Shown here piece by piece: positions 6,762-10,967 of a stretch of DNA of 10,967 nucleotides. Each line of letters opens with the position of its first letter. Positions within the stretch are counted from its first letter, which is position 1. The notes beneath the pieces were generated by a model. It ran no database searches. It was given only the letters and a program-made list of their open reading frames with translations, and had not been told where the DNA came from. Both the position numbers and the translations under genes were made by a program. The stretch is from Candidatus Heimdallarchaeota archaeon (GTDB lineage Archaea; Asgardarchaeota; Heimdallarchaeia; Heimdallarchaeales; Kariarchaeaceae): the NCBI GenBank assembly GCA_027077875.1, contig JALWRB010000478.1, positions 1 through 10,967 of the forward strand, read 5' to 3'.

Positions 6762-7123
6762 AATACCCGTGAAATACCTTCACTGATCCATAGCACGTTT
6801 GTAGTCCGTACACCGTGTGATGTTCGGATAATCTCCATCTTTGGACTTGGTCGGTATTAAGCATACGAAGCTCTTGCCCTTGTATGCGCAACTCATGCAT
6901 AGTGAGTCGGACGATACCCTGAGAGGCAGGGTGACGTCGTGTATTTGGAATTCTAGGTTTGCTACTGCCATTGTACTCTTGTCTCCTTTGAGTTACAATA
7001 GGTGGAGCGTTCTTCTGCAAGAATGCATAGATGAGACGGCTTCAGTTACCTGTGAAAGAATCCTCTTCCGGGTAATGATGCACAACTCATCATCGCCTAG
7101 GATATATATAAGGAGTTCTTTTC
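6762..7123 (+). ncRNA. Candidate structured non-coding RNA (speculative, unidentified class)
   Basis: About 540 nt here lack a convincing ORF. There is a weak TATA-like AAAATAAG at 6733-6740 and several strong local hairpins (GACG-ata-CCCTG-agagg-CAGGG-tga-CGTC at 6910-6938; GCATAC/GTATGC at 6861-6887; ATGATG/CATCAT at 7075-7093). 6761-6769 could pair with 7069-7077 over long range. A T-tract lies at 7118-7123. No RNase P, SRP or riboswitch consensus was found. Confidence 0.15.
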
Positions 7124-7250
7124 TGAAGAGACAATACTATCTGGGGATAAAATCCCGGTACGAATTCTGTCATTTTTCGACACAATGCTATCTTTCTCGT
7201 ACTATATTCTGCGTAAAATCTTCGAGACCACATTTTAGGAAAGTGATTGT

Positions 7251-7258
7251 TTTTATAA
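7251..7258 (+). promoter_or_regulatory. TATA box (TTTTATAA) for the GNAT-like gene. The transcript is predicted to be leaderless
   Basis: Its centre is ~26 nt upstream of ATG 7280. Confidence 0.4.
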
Positions 7259-7279
7259 TTTCGGGAAGTATAATATGTA

Positions 7280-8185
7280 ATGAGTGCCGATTTTGTCTAT
7301 TTTCGTCCTGCCAAGATAAAGGACAGTAGAAAACTGGCGAAAATTGAGCACGAATTCTTCTCACGGTTCCCCAATTTTTTCAATGCTCCATCCCCGTCGA
7401 GGAAGTACAGGCTCGAGATCGGAAACCTCGTGGACAACAACCCCCTTTACCTCGTGGCTGAGAAGAGGGGGAAGATCGTCGCCTCCATCAAGGTGGAGTT
7501 CGACGACGACGAGCGGATCGCTATCCTCGGCTACCCCATCGGTGACGTGAACGAGCCAGGACTGCCGACATTCCAGACCAATCTCATCGAGCTCGCACTG
7601 ACCCACGCAAAGGACAGGGGGATGAGGACTGCAGAGGTCGCCATATCAAGCAACCACGAACCCATACAGTCTATCTTCAAGAGCAGCAAGTTCAGGAGGA
7701 AGAAGGTGATAGTCGAGATATGGGAAGCGAGAATCATGGCGGGAGTGTACGAACTCCCAAGGGGGTACAGGATCAGGCAGGTAAGGGACTCTGACCTCGT
7801 ACCGAGCTGGGAGTGGATCGCCAGAGAGATGGACCCCGATAGCCCTATGGCCATCGACTTCGAGTCATACCACCACATATTCAACCACCAGAAGACCAGC
7901 ACAGAGGGATGGGCAGTTGTCGAGAAGAAGGGAGAACCCTACGCCATCGTCTCCTCCTTCCTCTCACCCTCGAACACAGCGGTGATATTCGGCCCGTTCT
8001 GCAAGAAGAGGTACAAGAAGCTCAGGATACCCCTGTTCAACGAGGTGCTCTGGCACTACAGCCTGCAGGGTGTCCAACGGGTCAGAGTCATGAGGACCAA
8101 GTCATTCATGAACGACAAGGAACTGTTCAGAGAATTCGGATTCACAATGATTGAATCACAGCTCCTCTTTCGGAGAAATCTCTAA
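7280..8185 (+). CDS. GNAT-family N-acetyltransferase-like protein with two tandem GNAT-like folds
   Basis: The first half has an N-acyltransferase-like beta-strand then helix pattern (LYLVAEKRGKIVASIKVEF...AILGYPIG...FQTNLIELALTHAKDRGMRTAEVAISSNHEPIQSIFKSSKF). The second half repeats it (PYAIVSSFLSPSNTAVIFGPF...VQRVRVMRTKSFMNDKELFREFGF). There is no clean Q/RxxGxG/A motif, so the acetyltransferase call is weaker than the fold call. Confidence 0.45.
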   Translation: MSADFVYFRPAKIKDSRKLAKIEHEFFSRFPNFFNAPSPSRKYRLEIGNLVDNNPLYLVAEKRGKIVASIKVEFDDDERIAILGYPIGDVNEPGLPTFQTNLIELALTHAKDRGMRTAEVAISSNHEPIQSIFKSSKFRRKKVIVEIWEARIMAGVYELPRGYRIRQVRDSDLVPSWEWIAREMDPDSPMAIDFESYHHIFNHQKTSTEGWAVVEKKGEPYAIVSSFLSPSNTAVIFGPFCKKRYKKLRIPLFNEVLWHYSLQGVQRVRVMRTKSFMNDKELFREFGFTMIESQLLFRRNL

Positions 8186-8235
8186 TCAAAATAGATGCGT
8201 TTTTATGCCTATGTGATACTATTACTTAGGTAATA

Positions 8236-9222
8236 ATGGCTGAAATTTATGGAAATCACCCCGCTAGATACCAAGTACAGGTTCACCCCGGACTGAAACT
8301 AGCTGAAGAGGAAATCAGTTTTGAAGAGCAGAAGAAGTATCTCCACGAGGCAGGAAAGCTCGCAGCGAAAGTACGGGAGGAAGTGGCAAAACTCGTCGTC
8401 CCAGGAGCTAACGTCCTCGATATATGCACCGCAGCAGACAAGTTGATCTACGACGCAGGTGCCATCCCAGCATTCCCCATCAATATATCAATCAACGACG
8501 TCGCAGCTCACTACACAGGACAGATCCAAGACTCCCTGATCGTGCCAGACAAGGGTGTCGTCAAGATAGATTGCGGAGTCAGCATCAACGGATTCATCGC
8601 TGACACCGCCAAGACGGTCGACCTCGACGGAAGCTACAAGGACCTGATCAATGCTTCCAAGGAAGCATGCGAGGTAGCCATCAAGACCATGAGGGCAGGA
8701 GCTAACCTCGGAAAGATCGGAGGACTCGTCGCAAAGACCATCAGGGACGCAGGATTCGAGCCGGTAAGGGACCTCAGAGGACACCTCGTCGAGAGGTACA
8801 TCGTCCACGCAGGGAAGAGCGTTCCAAGCATCGAGGTGGACACAAACGAACAGGCAGAACTACACGAGGTATACGCCATCGAACCCTTCGCATCCACAGG
8901 TACTGGTGAGATACACGCAGACCTAAACAAGATCAACATCTTCAGAGCTGCACCCGTCAGACTCGCTATCAGATCCAAACACGCTAAGAAGATCAGGAAC
9001 ATCGCCGTAAGGGAATTCGGCGGAATGCCGTTCGCTGAGAGGTGGCTGCTCAACCACGGACTGACCATACCCGAGATCAAAATCGGAATGATGGAGCTCA
9101 GAAGAAACGGTGGAATGATCGAGTACCACGTCCTCAGAGGATCGTCGGAGGACATGATATCCCAGCACGAGCACACCATGATCGTCCTCGAAGACGGGGT
9201 AGAGGTCACCACCCGAAGCTGA
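8236..9222 (+). CDS. map: Methionine aminopeptidase, type 2 (archaeal/eukaryal class)
   Basis: It aligns by eye to archaeal MetAP2 throughout: KVREEVAKLVVPGANVLD, PAFPINISINDVAAHYTG, KIDCGVSINGFIADTAKTV, GHLVERYIVHAGKSVP, YAIEPFASTGTG, MISQHEHTMIVLEDGVEVTT. The metal ligands (D, D, H, E, E) are in the expected places. It has a ~30-aa N-terminal extension relative to Pyrococcus MetAP. Confidence 0.9.
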   Translation: MAEIYGNHPARYQVQVHPGLKLAEEEISFEEQKKYLHEAGKLAAKVREEVAKLVVPGANVLDICTAADKLIYDAGAIPAFPINISINDVAAHYTGQIQDSLIVPDKGVVKIDCGVSINGFIADTAKTVDLDGSYKDLINASKEACEVAIKTMRAGANLGKIGGLVAKTIRDAGFEPVRDLRGHLVERYIVHAGKSVPSIEVDTNEQAELHEVYAIEPFASTGTGEIHADLNKINIFRAAPVRLAIRSKHAKKIRNIAVREFGGMPFAERWLLNHGLTIPEIKIGMMELRRNGGMIEYHVLRGSSEDMISQHEHTMIVLEDGVEVTTRS

Positions 9223-9238
9223 CCCACAAAATTGTGAC

Positions 9239-9267
9239 AATCTCGGTCATATTGAGAATAACCGAGG
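9239..9267. repeat. 29-bp direct repeat, copy A (AATCTCGGTCATATTGAGAATAACCGAGG), with an internal hairpin CTCGGT-N13-ACCGAG
   Basis: It lies 17 nt after the map stop and is near-identical to copy B at 9781-9809. Confidence 0.75.
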
Positions 9268-9381
9268 TTTAATGGTATGTTTGTAATTCATGGATGTCGT
9301 AGTTAGGATAGAGAATCTCTATATGGTTCATTTGAATCAAACATAGATTATATATCAGACACTGCGGATATACTGGATATA

Positions 9382-9627
9382 TTGACCAATAAGAATGTAT
9401 TAGATGACGAACTATCCACACTGATAATCAGAGTTCAGGATAAATTACGTAGAGACTATGAGTTGCAGAGAGTTTTACCTGAAGGGTCTAAACATGATAA
9501 GGACCTTAAAGAGAGTTTGAGAAGAATCAGCGATCTACTAGAAGAAATCGATAATGCAGAAGAAGATCTATTCCTCAATTTGAAGGTTATACTATTACGG
9601 ATATTATCTGTCCATCGTAATAATTAG
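9382..9627 (+). CDS. Hypothetical small ORF (81 codons), doubtful
   Basis: A TTG-initiated ORF with no ATG codon anywhere in frame. It sits in a ~33% GC island bounded by the two direct repeats. It may be a gene remnant or non-coding. Confidence 0.15.
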   Translation: MTNKNVLDDELSTLIIRVQDKLRRDYELQRVLPEGSKHDKDLKESLRRISDLLEEIDNAEEDLFLNLKVILLRILSVHRNN

Positions 9628-9780
9628 GAAATATAAGCTCAAAGTTTACAATATGAAAAAAACTATTTATTGAGAAGTATGCGTCAATGATCCTCCTACA
9701 AGAGTTTGATGATTTGTGTGGATAAGCTCATAACGTGGCATTATTATTCATCCCTATACACACGCTAACTATTTTGGGGA

Positions 9781-9809
9781 AATCTCGGTCATATTGCGAA
9801 TAACCGAAG
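9781..9809. repeat. 29-bp direct repeat, copy B (AATCTCGGTCATATTGCGAATAACCGAAG)
   Basis: 27 of 29 positions are identical to copy A. It lies 90 nt upstream of the conserved aSUI1 reading frame. GACAATCT occurs just before copy A (9236-9243) and just after copy B (9812-9819). Confidence 0.75.
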
Positions 9810-9971
9810 AGACAATCTTATAAAGCGATTGGAGCATATACATGTAAATTCAGCTCAATAGCTGAAACAGTATCAAAAAATAGAGAGGTTGACAAGAAAA
9901 TTTTCGACGATGACGACACTGGTACATGTTCAACGTGTGGCTTATCAGATGAACTCTGTATCTGCACAGAA

Positions 9972-10229
9972 GTGGCGAAAACAGAAGCTAGGCTCAAGGT
10001 TATTCTTGAGAAGCGGAAGTGGGGTAAGATTTATACGATCATCCAAGGACTGGATCCTAAGGAGTTCAAGTTGAAGGACATAGCGATCAAGCTGAAGTCC
10101 AAGCTTGCTTGTGGTGGTACAGTGAAGGGTGACACGATTGAGTTGCAGGGCAACCACGAGTTTCGGATTTTCGAGCTCTTGGAGGGTCTTGGATTCAACC
10201 GTGACAGCATAGATCTGGTGAGGAAATAG
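9972..10229 (+). CDS. Translation initiation factor aSUI1/eIF1 (conservative coordinates from the GTG; the conserved frame extends upstream to at least 9903)
   Basis: VAKTEARLKVILEKRKWGKIYTIIQGLD...LACGGTVKGDTIELQGNHEFRIFELLEGLGFNRDSIDLV matches archaeal SUI1. The same frame upstream encodes FDDDDTGTCSTCGLSDELCICTE, the conserved aSUI1 N-terminal CxxCGL..ELCxC motif, but contains no ATG, GTG or TTG before 9972. Confidence 0.8.
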   Translation: MAKTEARLKVILEKRKWGKIYTIIQGLDPKEFKLKDIAIKLKSKLACGGTVKGDTIELQGNHEFRIFELLEGLGFNRDSIDLVRK

Positions 10230-10253
10230 TTCTTAGGATTTGCAAATAAAACT

Positions 10254-10261
10254 TTAAAAGA
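10254..10261 (+). promoter_or_regulatory. TATA-like box (TTTAAAAG) for rpoP. The transcript is predicted to be leaderless
   Basis: Its centre is ~26 nt upstream of ATG 10283. Confidence 0.3.
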
Positions 10262-10282
10262 AAGTGTGCGCTCGAAGAACTG

Positions 10283-10432
10283 ATGAAAGACACTCAATAC
10301 AAATGTTTGAGATGTAGGAACAAGATCAATCCCAATGAGCTTGTCAATGGAAGGATTCAGTGCACATACTGTGGTTATCGTATCCTTGAGAAGGCGAGGC
10401 CCAGAGGGGAGCGGCACATCGACGCTCTCTGA
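10283..10432 (+). CDS. rpoP: DNA-directed RNA polymerase subunit P (Rpb12/RPC10 homologue), a zinc-ribbon mini-protein
   Basis: A 49-codon ORF that is missing from the ORF track: MKDTQYKCLRCRNKINPNELVNGRIQCTYCGYRILEKARPRGERHIDAL. The pattern YKCLRC...x15...CxYCGxRIL.K.RP is the archaeal RpoP signature. Confidence 0.6.
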   Translation: MKDTQYKCLRCRNKINPNELVNGRIQCTYCGYRILEKARPRGERHIDAL

Positions 10433-10518
10433 TGTGTTTTGATACGTGCACTTTACTTTAGCGAGAATGTATAATGTTAGGTTCCATTGATGTGATGGTA
10501 CTATTGTGAATAGAGTGA

Positions 10519-10967
10519 TTACTTACTGCCTGAAGATTTCTTTGACTTAGCTCCGTCGTTCTTCTTCTTCGAACCATCGTTCTTCTTCTTCGAATCCTCA
10601 CTTTTCTTCTTAGACTTCTTCGATCCACCAGTCTTCTTCTCTGGCTTCTTGCCACCTTCGGTCTTCTTCTCGGACTTCTTGGATTTCTTAGCTCCATCGG
10701 TCTTCTTCTTGGGCTCTTCCTCTGGTACCTCTTCGAGGTCCTCGAAGGAGATGACTCCCCAGATCAGGTTCCTGATGACCTCTCCTGCGGACTCCATGGA
10801 TATCCTCGACTGCTTGGTGGTATCCCTCTCACGGATGGTCACGGTACTGTCTTCGAGAGACTGGTAATCGACTGTGAGGGTGTATGGGATTCCGATCTCG
10901 TCAGCTCTTGCATACCTCTTTCCGATAGCACCTGACTGGTCGTAGACTGCGTCGATTCCCTCGTCCT
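10519..10967 (-). CDS. glyS: Glycine--tRNA ligase (archaeal/eukaryal alpha2 type), C-terminal anticodon-binding domain plus a lysine-rich tail. The 5' part of the gene lies beyond the window end
   Basis: The minus-strand frame is open to the window edge: DEGIDAVYDQSGAIGKRYARADEIGIPYTLTVDYQSLEDSTVTIRERDTTKQSRISMESAGEVIRNL. This matches the GlyRS C-terminus ([23 protein letters not shown]...TLRDRDSMRQIR). The ORF-track entry 10519..10842 is an artefact of an internal GTG. The tail is EEVPEEEPKKKTDGAKKSKKSEKKTEGGKKPEKKTGGSKKSKKKSEDSKKKNDGSKKKNDGAKSKKSSGSK. Confidence 0.8.
   Translation of the reverse strand, partial: DEGIDAVYDQSGAIGKRYARADEIGIPYTLTVDYQSLEDSTVTIRERDTTKQSRISMESAGEVIRNLIWGVISFEDLEEVPEEEPKKKTDGAKKSKKSEKKTEGGKKPEKKTGGSKKSKKKSEDSKKKNDGSKKKNDGAKSKKSSGSK

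Noticed and set aside
6910-6938. CTGAGA within a hairpin, resembling the TPP-riboswitch (THI-box) core
   Set aside because: The other obligatory THI-box elements (GGGG...ACCC pairing, GAACCUGAUC, the pyrophosphate-sensing helix) are absent.
6795-7160. Weak resemblance to RNase P RNA conserved regions (GUAGUCCGUAC like CR-I; AAUCCCGGUAC like CR-V; CAGGGUGACG like CR-IV)
   Set aside because: The putative P4 strands are not properly complementary (about 5 bp only). The order and spacing of the motifs do not fit the RNase P architecture. SRP RNA helix-8 motifs are absent as well.
6274-7329. ORFs 6274..6573 (+), 6200..6388 (-), 6760..7020 (-), 6780..6971 (-) and 6841..7329 (+)
   Set aside because: The first two overlap the PAC2-like gene. 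The others lie in the non-coding region and have Cys/Ser/Arg-rich, pattern-free translations. The 162-codon one runs through two TATA boxes into the next gene's start. The region is better explained as non-coding or ncRNA.
7344-9272. Overlapping ORFs inside the GNAT-like gene and map (7344..7550, 7361..7606, 7531..7902, 7909..8154, 8488..8808, 8634..9227, 8923..9240, 9042..9272)
   Set aside because: They are shadow ORFs in high-GC coding sequence. The 197-aa antisense ORF across map is Ser/Leu/Cys-rich with no motifs. Map itself is unambiguous.
10589-10597. TTCGAATCC, which resembles a tRNA T-loop
   Set aside because: It lies inside the Lys-codon tandem repeat of the glyS tail (minus-strand AAG/AAA codons). 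There is no preceding GG and no acceptor, D or anticodon arms. I found no tRNA gene anywhere in the window.
9889-10697. ORFs 9889..10074 (+), 9945..10157 (-), 10031..10417 (-), 10458..10697 (-) and 10649..10867 (+)
   Set aside because: 9889 is the +1 frame over the aSUI1 5' region. 9945 and 10031 are antisense to aSUI1 and rpoP. 10458 and 10649 are alternative frames of the Lys-rich glyS repeat, which give Arg-rich or Ser/Phe-rich artefacts.

Overview
This window reads as an archaeal chromosomal segment of roughly 45-50% GC. TATA boxes sit about 26-30 nt upstream of start codons, several genes appear leaderless, and the marker genes are archaeal (aSUI1, RpoP, archaeal-type PurA, MetAP2, GlyRS, a PAC2 chaperone). 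The housekeeping genes are purA, a PAC2-like gene, map, aSUI1, rpoP and the 3' end of glyS. Interleaved with them are a KNTase-like nucleotidyltransferase; an NfeD-flotillin membrane-microdomain gene pair in which NfeD ends in a RING-H2-like zinc finger; a strongly eukaryote-like Rab-family small GTPase sitting behind a DtxR/MntR-type metal regulator; and a two-domain GNAT-like protein next to map. The Rab-like GTPase, the RING-like finger and the lysine-rich GlyRS tail look eukaryote-like and fit an Asgard-type archaeon. This is an inference only. The regions not explained by genes are: (i) a 143-bp array of about eleven tandem 13-bp repeats immediately after the PAC2-like gene; (ii) about 540 nt of non-coding sequence containing several strong stem-loops, possibly a structured ncRNA; (iii) a ~33% GC island bounded by two 29-bp hairpin-forming direct repeats whose only ORF has no ATG; (iv) an aSUI1 gene whose conserved N-terminal Cys motif has no in-frame canonical start; (v) a 49-codon rpoP missing from the ORF track. 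I found no CRISPR array, tRNA, rRNA or recognisable transposase. Every function is assigned from motifs I recognise by eye. No database search was run.
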